The notes under the pieces: model-generated
Told to the model about the DNA's origin: nothing
Database searches by the model: none
The model's input: only the letters and a program-made list of their open reading frames with translations
Translations under genes and position numbers: made by a program
Source: an uncultured delta proteobacterium
GTDB lineage: Bacteria; Myxococcota_A; Polyangia; Haliangiales; Haliangiaceae
Length of the DNA: 64,000 nucleotides
NCBI GenBank assembly: GCA_963743525.1
Contig: CAVUQH010000002.1
Location: forward strand, 1-64,000
Reading direction: 5' to 3'
In this document: in pieces, positions 1 to 8,580 of the stretch
How the letters are laid out: each line of letters begins with the position of its first letter
How positions within the stretch are numbered: position 1 is the first letter of the stretch

Positions 1-1020
1 GCGGTGTCGTGATCGGCAATCCCATCAATGACGTGACCTGTCTGTCCCGGATCACGGACGCAGCCACCGAAGCGGTGGACACCGAATCGGTGCGCAACCT
101 GGCGATGCGTTTCGAGACATGCCGGAGCTGGCGGCATGGATCCGCAATCTGCCGCAGCGGAACGACATGGGCGATCCGGACGACGGCCCACGGGTGGCGT
201 CCCCGACGTGTCCCAACGGGTGCGCATCCCGGCCGCCAATCCGAACTGCGTCGAGCGGTCGGCGCTCTACCTGGCTGCGGGCGAGATCATCGATCCACGG
301 CCGCTTCGGCAGCTCGCCACCATCCACACGCCGATCGGACCGCACACGTTCCCCGTCGAAGAATGACGCACCGATCAAGCTCGATCCGCGCATCCCGCGG
401 AACGCCCTCGAAGCCGGTCTGTTCCGCATGATGGAGCCGCGCGAGCTGGATCTCTCGCCCCGTGAAGCGCTGCAGTGGATCGGCGCAATTGCGGCGGAGC
501 CGGCCAAGGCACACCGCAACGGACGGGCACGGGTACGCAACGCGCGCCGGGCGTTCGATCGCGTGCTCCGCGGTAGGCCGGTCCGCGGAATGCCGTCGAG
601 GACGTGGGATTTGCCTTCGCGATGGCCGAGCAGGCGGCGCGGATGTTCGGCGTCCAGGGGCTGGAGGTGGTCAAGATGGGGGCCATGGCGCTCGACCACC
701 TGGCCCGGCGCCGTCCGCGCCCACGGCGGAACCTCTCGCTGCGCATCGGCGGCCTCCGAATCGAGCCGGACCTGGGCACGCTTGGCGCGGTAGCCAGGGT
801 CGGCGAGCGACTCGGGCTTCGTGTCGGCGCCGCCGCGCTGCAAGCCAAGCTCGCCGAGCTGGGCATCACCGCGCCCGTCATCGCCGAGGTGGAGCACGAG
901 CTGAATCGCGAAGGGCTCAGCCTCGGACAGCTGGCCAAGCCCAGACCGCAGCCGGGAACGCTGGCCGCGCTGACGACCAGCGCGCTCATGGGCCAGCGCG
1001 CCGCGAACGCAGTGACGTAG
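1..1020 (+). CDS. Putative transglutaminase/papain-like Cys-His-Asp protein, 5'-truncated by the window and broken by about 4 frameshifts
   Basis: Stitching frames at ~116, ~200, ~360 and ~583 gives a continuous protein: GVVIGNPINDVTCL...ELAAWIRNLPQRND...RIPAANPNCVERSALY...GPHTFPVENDAPIKLDPRIPRNA...AANAVT*; Cys codon 247-249, His 343-345, Asp 383-385. Confidence 0.55.
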
Positions 1021-1180
1021 CCGCCCACGGCACACGCCGGGCCGCTTGCCTCGCGCCGCCGCGAGAACGCCCGATGTGCGCCTCGAAAACGGACCTCGCA
1101 GGCCCCAGCGGTCTGCCCAAGTAACGCCGGGCTTCGGCCCGCCACGGACCGGGTGCGCCCGGAGAACGGAACCAGAGGAG

Positions 1181-1957
1181 ATGCAGATCATCAGCCAGCC
1201 GACCCCCAAGGAGACCTTCGTGCAGGAGATTCGCGACGCGGTCGCCGATCTGTTCGACGCGATCTTCGACCTCGCGTCCGAAGAGGTGCGCGACTTCCCG
1301 GAGGATGTCGAGCGCATCGACAACGTCAGGCTCCAGACGCACGACTGGATCGAGGGCAACCACACGCTGTGGGTGGACGAGGACGACGTGCTGTTCACCG
1401 CCTCGGTGGTCATCGATGCGCTCAGCATGCAGTTCGGCTCGCCGGAGCTGAGCGAGGCACTGAATGCCCAGCTCGCCGCGATGGTCGCCGAGGTGCGCCG
1501 CCAGCGCGAGGCCGCCAGCGGGCCCGCGAGCGCGCTGTTGGAGGCGCCCCGCCCGGCGCTGCTGGGCCCGGCGTCCGACAGCGTGTCCTACGTGCACTCA
1601 GACGCGAATCCCCCAACCGCCAACGGAAGGAATCACGATCATGGCTGCAAAGAAGAAGAAGACCCACCACCCCCCGGCGGCGTCGCCCCGCCAACAACAA
1701 CACGACGCTCAAGACCGTCGGAGCTGCGGTGCTCGGCGGCGCTGGTGGCGCGATGGTCGGCGGGCTGCTCGTCCGCTCGGGCGTCACGCCCACCACGGCC
1801 GCCGTGGGCGTCACGGTCGCCGGCTCGGTCGGCGCCGCGATGGCCAAGAAGGGCACCCCCATGCGCCTGGCTTCGGGCGGCGCTGCCGCGGCGGGCGCCG
1901 GCCAGCTCGCGCTTGCCTGGCTGGCTTCGCAGGGGACAAAGAAGACTACGACGGTGA
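1181..1957 (+). CDS. Hypothetical acidic helical protein of the element; true end probably near 1600-1640
   Basis: AGAGGAG directly before ATG 1181 (MQIISQPTPKETFVQEIRDAVADLFDAIF...); typical GC3 codon use to ~1600, after which the frame runs into the next gene. Confidence 0.6.
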   Translation: MQIISQPTPKETFVQEIRDAVADLFDAIFDLASEEVRDFPEDVERIDNVRLQTHDWIEGNHTLWVDEDDVLFTASVVIDALSMQFGSPELSEALNAQLAAMVAEVRRQREAASGPASALLEAPRPALLGPASDSVSYVHSDANPPTANGRNHDHGCKEEEDPPPPGGVAPPTTTRRSRPSELRCSAALVARWSAGCSSARASRPPRPPWASRSPARSAPRWPRRAPPCAWLRAALPRRAPASSRLPGWLRRGQRRLRR

Positions 1958-2103
1958 GCGTGCGGCCGACGCATCCGAAGCCGAAGAACGCCGCCGACCC
2001 CGGTGACGTCGAGGCGGCGTTCGAGCGCGCCCGCGAGGAGCTGGCCATGCAGGACGAGGCCGACGCGTTCGCGGACGACTACGACCAGGAGGTGGCCGCC
2101 TAG
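1641..2103 (+). CDS. Hypothetical membrane protein with basic N-terminus, Gly/Ala-rich hydrophobic helices and acidic tail (one frameshift)
   Basis: GGAAGGA RBS then ATG 1641 MAAKKKKTHHP; removing one C from the C6 run 1670-1675 joins it to RRRRPANNNTTLKTVGAAVLGGAGGAMVGGLL...DYDQEVAA*. Confidence 0.65.
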
Positions 2104-2116
2104 CTCTCTGTCTATC

Positions 2117-2155
2117 GCTGTCGCGGATCGGTTCCTGATGTAGCGCGGGCTGCGC
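2117..2155. repeat. Left arm of a 39-bp inverted repeat (partner 3059-3097)
   Basis: GCTGTCGCGGATCGGTTCCTGATGTAGCGCGGGCTGCGC; its reverse complement matches 3059-3097 at 37/39. Confidence 0.95.
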
Positions 2156-2182
2156 ACCCATTTCTCACGCAAAGGAGAGTCC

Positions 2183-2602
2183 ATGTACGAAGACATCGCA
2201 GACCTGATCATCCTCGACGGAAGCGACGAGGACGAGCTGCGCAACGCTACCCGCGATCATCGCCGTTCCACCTCCCGGTCCTCGGGGTCGCCCCGGCGTT
2301 CCATCGTTCGGCCCCGCACCGCGATCATCCGCACCGGCGGCTCGCGTGTGTCGGCGCATCGCCCCAGCGCGGGCAGCATCATCCGCCGGGACACGGGCGG
2401 GCTGAGCACGGGCGTTCTCATCGAGTCGGGCGCCCAGGTGCTGGCCGCGATCCAGCCCCTGCCCCAGGCCCCGGTGGCCACGGGCAAGCTGGAGGACGAT
2501 CTCAGCAACCTGGTGCTGTACCAGAAGGCGCTGGCCGAGCACGCGAAGCGTGACGAGCAGCTCCGCACCGTCGGCTCGCTCGCGAGCAAGTTCTTCGCCT
2601 AG
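2183..2602 (+). CDS. Hypothetical protein, candidate virion structural protein (Arg/Ser-rich segment, helical C-terminal half)
   Basis: Strong RBS AAAGGAG; 139 aa MYEDIADLIILDGSDEDELRNATRDHRRS...ALAEHAKRDEQLRTVGSLASKFFA. Confidence 0.8.
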   Translation: MYEDIADLIILDGSDEDELRNATRDHRRSTSRSSGSPRRSIVRPRTAIIRTGGSRVSAHRPSAGSIIRRDTGGLSTGVLIESGAQVLAAIQPLPQAPVATGKLEDDLSNLVLYQKALAEHAKRDEQLRTVGSLASKFFA

Positions 2603-2607
2603 AGGCC

Positions 2608-3039
2608 ATGAGCATGCTCGGAACCCTGCTCGGAACCACGACGCCCCTGTACAAGGGCACCGCTCAGCCAGGCACGGCATCGGCTGGCGGGCTCGTGGGC
2701 TTGCTCTCGGGCCTGTTCGGCACCGCGGGCACGCCGGCTTATGCCGGCACGGGGCAGCCGGCTACCTCGGGTAGCAGCTTCTCCATGTTCCCGCAAACGC
2801 CGGTCTACGCCCGTCCGGTCGTGGCGTCCAGCCCGGACGCCGCGCCCCCGGATGCGGAGCAGCCCATCCTCGCGCCTGCGCCAAGCCCTGCGCCCGCACC
2901 CGCGCCGACCGAGAGCGAGCCCACCGGACAGAACGCCGAGGCGCCCGTCCGGAAGACCACGCTCATCGTGAAACCGGGACCCGGAACCTCGATGGAGGAC
3001 GTTGTGCGGTTTCTGCAAGACCGCGTCCTCGACGACTAG
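2608..3039 (+). CDS. Hypothetical protein with three TPxY repeats and a Pro/Ala-rich linker
   Basis: 143 aa ORF 5 bp after the previous stop with GAGG RBS; TTPLYKGTAQP / GTPAYAGTGQP / QTPVYARP. Confidence 0.75.
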   Translation: MSMLGTLLGTTTPLYKGTAQPGTASAGGLVGLLSGLFGTAGTPAYAGTGQPATSGSSFSMFPQTPVYARPVVASSPDAAPPDAEQPILAPAPSPAPAPAPTESEPTGQNAEAPVRKTTLIVKPGPGTSMEDVVRFLQDRVLDD

Positions 3040-3058
3040 CACCTAACACCTGACCTGC

Positions 3059-3097
3059 GCGCAGCCCGCGCTACTTCAGGGACCGATCCGCGACAGC
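3059..3097. repeat. Right arm of the 39-bp inverted repeat (partner 2117-2155)
   Basis: GCGCAGCCCGCGCTACTTCAGGGACCGATCCGCGACAGC. Confidence 0.95.
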
Positions 3098-3125
3098 TCC
3101 ACATCCATCCCCCCAAGGAAGACCC

Positions 3126-3780
3126 ATGTTCTTCTTGCGCAACTCACACCCGGCTCCATCCGCAACGCGCCCCCCGTGCGTTCGGGCTCGAAGCCGACAA
3201 CTTCAGCGACCTCGCGATCGCTCTCTACAAGCATTTCATGAAACTCCGCGGACCCGATCCGGCGACCAAGGGGCAAAGCACGCTCTATCCCGCGACCACC
3301 AACCGGGACATTACCGAGCTGGCCACCTTGTGGACCAGGGAGGTGGCTCGCGCCAGCATCGACAACGACACCGACAAGGTACGCGCGAAGCAGTGGCGCG
3401 ACTGTATCGCACAGGTCCACCGCGACGCGGACGTGGCCGCACATCCTGATGCTGTCTACGCGCACACGTACGATTTCTGGCGCTGCATGGAGAAGATCGC
3501 CATCTGGCTCGACGTGCGCAAGCTGCGTCCGAGCACCTGGGACCTCGTGGTGAACTCGGTCGGCGAAGCGGTCGAAGATCTGCCGAACACCTTCGGGGAC
3601 GCCGCGCACGCGGTCGGCGGTGCGGGCAAGCGAGCCGTCGGCGCGGCCGGCGACGCAGCGTCCGCGGTCGGACGGGGTCTGGTCGACTTCTTCGACAAGC
3701 CGGTCACGATCATTGCCGTACTCATCGGCGGCGCGCTCGTCATCCCGCCAGTGGTACGCGCTCTCCGAGGCGCGGAATGA
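3126..3780 (+). CDS. Hypothetical C-terminally membrane-anchored protein, paralog 1 (one frameshift near the start)
   Basis: AAGGAA RBS before ATG 3126; removing one C from C6 at 3170-3175 joins MFFLRNSHPAPSATR to AFGLEADNFSDLAIALYKHFMKLRGPDP...; hydrophobic C-terminus IIAVLIGGALVIPP. Confidence 0.7.
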
Positions 3781-4313
3781 CCGTGAACCTGCGCGGCGCG
3801 AGCGCGCTCGATCACCAGCGCCGCTTGCGGGCCTTTTTCGCCGACCAGCGCGGAGCCCAGGATGTCGAAGGCGTTCCTGTCCCGCGCACGACCAACGCCG
3901 ACGTTATGCGGCTCGCTGGGGCCTGGAGTCGCGAGCTGGCCCGGGTCCCCATAGCCAGCGATCGCGATCGCACGGCGCGCGCACGCTGGGCCGCCTGTAT
4001 GGCGACAGTGCGCAAGCTCGCTGACCCCGCTCGCCCTGACCAGGAGTACGCAGCGAATCGCGCCTTCTGGCTCGACTGTACGGCGCAGCTGAGCAACTAC
4101 CTGGCCCAGCGCAAGGCGCGCCCGAGCACCTGGTCGCTGGTCGTCGATGCCGCGTCCGACACGCTGGCCGAGGTCCCGGGCGCGCTCGGGGACGCCAGCA
4201 AAGCCGCCGCAGGCGCCGCCGCTGGGCTGGTGAAGGAGCCGGCCAAGCTGGCGCTGGTCCTCCTGGGCGGCGCGTTGCTGCTGCCACCGCTGGTCAAGGC
4301 GGTGCGGTCGTGA
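3777..4313 (+). CDS. Hypothetical C-terminally membrane-anchored protein, paralog 2
   Basis: ATGA overlap with the upstream gene; shares PxTTNxD, WxRExAR, PDxxYA...FW, RKxRPSTWxLVV and GGALxxPPxV with it. Confidence 0.8.
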   Translation: MTVNLRGASALDHQRRLRAFFADQRGAQDVEGVPVPRTTNADVMRLAGAWSRELARVPIASDRDRTARARWAACMATVRKLADPARPDQEYAANRAFWLDCTAQLSNYLAQRKARPSTWSLVVDAASDTLAEVPGALGDASKAAAGAAAGLVKEPAKLALVLLGGALLLPPLVKAVRS

Positions 4314-5035
4314 CCGCCAGGCGTGGCCGAAACGGCTGGCTACTTCTGGCAGGTGGGGCCGCTGTGGGTGCCTACGCACTCCACCGGAGCGTTCGGACCG
4401 CGCAGGGAAACACGGGCGAGGTCAGGCCGGCGGATCGCCCGGTCCTCCTGCCCGCGGCGGGCAAGCGCTTTGACGCCCTGTTTCGCCGGTGGGGCAACGA
4501 GCGCTCGATACCGCCCGCGTATCTCCGCGCCCTGGCCGCTCGCGAGTCCAACCTGAACCCGAGCGAGCGCGACGGTTCGGCCTGGGGTCTGCTTCAGGTG
4601 CGCCAGATCGTCGTCGAGGGCTTCAACCGCCACCACGGCACAACGCTCCAGCACATGGACATGCTCGACGCCAAGCGCAACGTCGAGGTCGCCTCCTGGC
4701 AGCTTCGCACCATCGTCAACAGCTACCAGCGCAACCACCCGCTCATCGGCAATCTACAGGAAGACTGGACCAACCCCCGCTTTGTCGAGCTGGTGACCTT
4801 CGGCTGGAATGCCGGCTGGTCCGAGCGCGGAGGGGTCGGCCGTGTGGCCCGATACCTCGAGCGTCGCGGCCAGACGGCCGCCGTCACAATCGATCTCATC
4901 CACGACGCCGCCCGCGCGGCCGGCGCCGCGTCCACGCTCTCGCGCGCCGACAAGGTGCGGTGGTGCAAGGGCGTGGTCCGCATCTACATGAGCGAACGTT
5001 TGCGAGGACCCATCGCCGCGAGACCCGCGGCGTGA
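4310..5035 (+). CDS. Lytic transglycosylase (SLT/lysozyme-like) with N-terminal membrane anchor
   Basis: YLRALAARESNLNP (catalytic Glu, ES motif) and AWGLLQV motif; hydrophobic WLLLAGGAAVGAYAL; GTGA overlap. Confidence 0.8.
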   Translation: MTARRGRNGWLLLAGGAAVGAYALHRSVRTAQGNTGEVRPADRPVLLPAAGKRFDALFRRWGNERSIPPAYLRALAARESNLNPSERDGSAWGLLQVRQIVVEGFNRHHGTTLQHMDMLDAKRNVEVASWQLRTIVNSYQRNHPLIGNLQEDWTNPRFVELVTFGWNAGWSERGGVGRVARYLERRGQTAAVTIDLIHDAARAAGAASTLSRADKVRWCKGVVRIYMSERLRGPIAARPAA

Positions 5036-5045
5036 AGGAGAGGAC

Positions 5046-5384
5046 ATGTTGAACTCGAACGAGCTGATGGCCGCCATCGCCCGAGGCGCGGCCCCCGAGG
5101 CTGACGCCGAGAGCAAGCGAAGCGCGGCGCAGGCGTGCCGCTGGCTTCTCACCGCGCTGGAATCCGAGCCGGGAGCTCCGCTGGTGCCGCCCGATCCCCC
5201 GGTTGCCTCCGCGCCGGCGCCGGCACCCGCAGCGACCGCACCGAAGACTGGCATCCCCGCCGGGCAGATCCTCGACGTGCTCATCGCCAAGCTGAAGGCC
5301 GAGCTGCCCGATGAGGCGCCCGCCCCCGAGCGTCCGGCGTTTCGCATCCCCTTCGTGCCCGTTCCGACGGGGAGCCGCCGGTGA
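5046..5384 (+). CDS. Hypothetical protein
   Basis: AAGGAGAGG RBS; 112 aa ORF co-oriented with the element genes. Confidence 0.65.
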   Translation: MLNSNELMAAIARGAAPEADAESKRSAAQACRWLLTALESEPGAPLVPPDPPVASAPAPAPAATAPKTGIPAGQILDVLIAKLKAELPDEAPAPERPAFRIPFVPVPTGSRR

Positions 5385-5414
5385 TGGTCCGGCGGTTTCC
5401 CGGCCGCGCTGGCG

Positions 5415-5443
5415 TTGCGGGTAGCACCCAAATGCATTACGTT
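5415..5443 (+). promoter_or_regulatory. Sigma70-type promoter for a leaderless RHH regulator transcript
   Basis: TTGCGG (5415-5420), 17 nt, TACGTT (5438-5443), 7 nt, ATG 5451. Confidence 0.5.
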
Positions 5444-5450
5444 CCGGTGC

Positions 5451-5642
5451 ATGCCCCCAAGCGACGCAAGCCTGACGATCCGACTGCCCGCCGATCTCAA
5501 GGACGCCATCCTGCGCGTGGCCGAGGACACGCACCGCTCCGCCGGCAAGCTGATCACGATGGTGATGAGCGAGTACCTGGAAGGTCTCGGTGAGTACACC
5601 CCAAAGCGCACCAGACCCGCGCGACGAACCCGCCGTCGATGA
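5451..5642 (+). CDS. Ribbon-helix-helix (CopG/Arc-like) DNA-binding protein
   Basis: SLTIRLPADLKDAILRVAEDTHRSAGKLITMVMSEYL fits the RHH beta-alpha-alpha pattern. Confidence 0.75.
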   Translation: MPPSDASLTIRLPADLKDAILRVAEDTHRSAGKLITMVMSEYLEGLGEYTPKRTRPARRTRRR

Positions 5643-5781
5643 CGCCGTCAGCAAACGAGACCGCGAGCTGCTCCGCTACCTCGTAGAAAGGACCGTCGAG
5701 GAATGCATCCGAAACTCCAATCGAGCACCGTCGCAATCTACGCCCGGTACTCTTCCGATCGGCAGCGCGAAGCCAGCATAG
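5590..5781 (+). CDS. Small hypothetical protein overlapping the RHH and recombinase genes
   Basis: 63 aa ORF with amphipathic helix SKRDRELLRYLVERTVEECIRN; overlaps both neighbours, so uncertain. Confidence 0.4.
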   Translation: MSTPQSAPDPRDEPAVDDAVSKRDRELLRYLVERTVEECIRNSNRAPSQSTPGTLPIGSAKPA

Positions 5782-7354
5782 AGGACCAGGTCCGGCGGTG
5801 CCGGCAGTTCATCGCCCAGGCCGGCGGCGACCCCGACGCGGCGCAGGTCTTCTCTGACTTCGCTGTCTCCGGCGCCAGTCTCGACCGGCCTGGCTTCGAA
5901 GCGATGATGGCGGCCATCGACGGCGGCCGGCTCGGCGCCATCGTGACCGAGGACGTCTCGCGCATCAGCCGAGACTTCGCCGACTCGGCGCAGATCTTCA
6001 AGCGTCTCCAGTACGCCAGCGTCCCGCTGCTGGGCGTCGCCGACGGCATCGACACCAGCTCGAAGAACGCCAAGCTGTCGTTCACGGTCAAGAGCCTGGT
6101 CGCGGACCTCTACCTCGATGACCTGCGCGACAAGACGCTGCGGGGACTGGAGGGACGCGCGCTCGCCGGGTACGTGACGGGCAACCCGCCGTTTGGCTAC
6201 GCGACCGAGCCGGACACTGACGAGCGCGGAAACGTGCTCGGCCATCGGCCGGTCATCAACGAAGCGCAGGCGGCGATCGTTCGTCGCATCTTCCAGGAGT
6301 ACAACGACGGCGGCTCGCTCAACGGCATCGCCCGGATGCTCAACGTCGAGGGAGTGCCCTCCCCTCGCACGGGCACGCGCCACAAACGGACCGGCTGGGG
6401 CGGCTCGACCATCCGGGCGATGCTCTACAACGAGAAGTACGCTGGCGTGTGGAAGTTCAAGGAGCGGCAGTGGGTGAAGGTGCCCGGCAGCAACAAGCGG
6501 CGCCCGCGCGCCCGCAACGCCGACGAGGTCATGGTCAGCGAGCGTCCCGAGCTGCGCATCATCGACGCAGGACTGTGGGATGCCGTGCGAGCCCGGCTCG
6601 CCGCGACCAAGCGCAAGTACACCACGGGCAGCAAGGAGCGCGTCGCGGTGAGCGGGCGCAAGTCGAGCTACCTCCTGTCCGGAATCCTGGTCTGCGACGT
6701 ATGCGGCGGACCCATGACCATCCACGGCGGGACCTCGGCCCGGTACTACCGCTGCTCCGCCAATCGGACCAAAGGGACCTGCGAGAACGCCCTGAGCGTC
6801 CGCGAAGAGGTGATCCGCACCGAGATCCTCGACGTGCTGCGGCAGGAGCTGCTGACGCCGGAGCGCATCGCGTTCGTGCGCAAGCAGATCGCGCTGGAGC
6901 TGCGCGACTACTCGAAGAAGCTGGAGGCGGAGATCCGGGATCGGCGGGACCGGCTGGCGCGCACGGAGGAGAAGATCCGCGGGCTCGTCAACTTCATCGC
7001 CCAGGGTGACCAGTCCGAGTATGTGGTCCAGACCCTGCGCGACATGGAGGCGCACGCCCGCTCCGAGAAGGCAGCCATCGCCCAGCTCAAGGACGACCTG
7101 ACCCGGCCGCTGCGGCTGCCCAGCCTGGACGAGATCACCGACCTGGTGTTCAACCTCGACGCCTCGCTGAACACCGATCCCGTCCGCGGCCGAGGCCAGC
7201 TGCGCCGCTGGCTGAAGGACGAGGAGATCCGCCTGCGCCCCGAGCCGGGCGGAACCTACGCCGCCGAGGGCGCCCTGCTCCCGCTCGTCGTGCTCGCCGA
7301 CGCCAAGAAAAGAAGGCCACAAATCCCTCAGGAGGACTTGTGGCCTATCGTTCG

Positions 7355-7373
<19 letters not shown>
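5703..7373 (+). CDS. Large serine recombinase (integrase)
   Basis: AIYARYSSDRQ catalytic Ser, DRPGF, EDVSRISR, recombinase domain (PPFGY, W...TIRAMLYNEKYAG), Zn ribbon SYLLSGILVCDVCG...YYRC, coiled coil. Confidence 0.95.
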
Positions 7374-7428
<55 letters not shown>

Positions 7429-7444
7429 TCAATTTGTGGAGAGG

Positions 7445-7473
7445 TATTTATAAGGATGGCGGGGGGATGTCAA
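7445..7473 (-). promoter_or_regulatory. Sigma70-type promoter of the tRNA
   Basis: TTGACA (7473-7468) followed by AT-rich TTATAAATA at -10 distance, ~17 nt upstream of the tRNA 5' end. Confidence 0.6.
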
Positions 7474-7534
7474 GTCGGGGTGGCGGAATGTCGTCTTTTG
7501 GCTCCTGGCGGTGCCGAATCGGGCCGCCGGAGGC

Positions 7535-8407
7535 TCAGTGGCTGTCCAGGAAGGCGAAGTAGCGTTCGGGCAGGTCGGCGAGCTCCATTCGCTCGCCGCA
7601 CTGCTCGCATGCCACGTCGGGAAGGCGCGGACGCTCCCCGGCCACGACATCGACGACGACGTCGCAGATGGACAGGCACTCCTGGCACTCGAGGGGCGTG
7701 ACGACCAATCGCACGAGCAGGCGCTGGGCCACCATCGGCAGCAGGTTGAGCTGACCTACGACGGCGGGCGAGCAGCGGTGGGCGACGATCACCTGATGGT
7801 CGTCCAGCTGTTCGACGAAGCGGATCAGCTCGCGGGCCCCGGACGAGTTGATCGATCGGACGTGCTCGAGGTTGAGGACCAGGTCGCCGGTCGATTGCGC
7901 CAGCGCGGACAGGTCGCTGTGTTCGTTGACGTCGGGGCCGAGCGTGGCGTGCACGTCGTGCTCGACGACCAGCGGCACTGGCGCATCGTCCTGGCTGATG
8001 TCGTCGTCGAGGTTGGCCGGAAGCCAGTGGAGCAAGGCGATGAGGCTCGCGGCGTCGGTCGGTTTGTGGATGACGGCGTGGGCCACGGCCAGGGCCGCGT
8101 GGTTTGCCGCCACCTCGCTGAACCCGGTGAGCAGGATGCGCATGACGCCCGGCCGTTCGGCGCGGATTCGACCCAGCAGGTCGAGCCCGTCGTTCGCGCC
8201 GAGGACCAGGTCGGAAACCACCGCATCGACGTCGAGGTGGTGCAGGAGCCACAGCGCTTCGAGGGGGCTGCGTGCGACGTATACGTGTCGCGTGAGGTCG
8301 TCGAGCTGTTCGCGCATGGCGGCGAGGAATTCGCCGTCGTCGTCGACGAGCAGGAGTGCCGGCCGTTGCTCGGCCACGTCACGGTGGCGTTCGAAATGCT
8401 GCTGCAT
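7535..8407 (-). CDS. Response regulator receiver fused to a STAS-like domain with C-terminal zinc ribbon
   Basis: LLVDDD...VVSD...LLTG...KP receiver; LEHVRSINSSGARE STAS-like motif; CQEC...CEQC. Confidence 0.8.
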   Translation of the reverse strand: MQQHFERHRDVAEQRPALLLVDDDGEFLAAMREQLDDLTRHVYVARSPLEALWLLHHLDVDAVVSDLVLGANDGLDLLGRIRAERPGVMRILLTGFSEVAANHAALAVAHAVIHKPTDAASLIALLHWLPANLDDDISQDDAPVPLVVEHDVHATLGPDVNEHSDLSALAQSTGDLVLNLEHVRSINSSGARELIRFVEQLDDHQVIVAHRCSPAVVGQLNLLPMVAQRLLVRLVVTPLECQECLSICDVVVDVVAGERPRLPDVACEQCGERMELADLPERYFAFLDSH

Positions 8408-8580
8408 TTGACTCAGTCGCGCGGATCTCCGCGAAGAACCCCCAGCGTCGATCGTAACACCGGTTGGCCGATGGGCGGGAGTTGTTCGCCGAGGGTGTCG
8501 GGAGCTCTGGCAGTCCATCCGACACCTGCGCCGTGGCACCCACGAGCAAGGCGATGCCGGTGTCGAGTATGCTCGCGGGG

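Noticed and set aside
1670..3175. C6 tracts at 1670-1675 and 3170-3175 as phase-variation or programmed frameshift sites
   Set aside because: Tracts are short and the window has many other indels; cannot be separated from homopolymer error without reads
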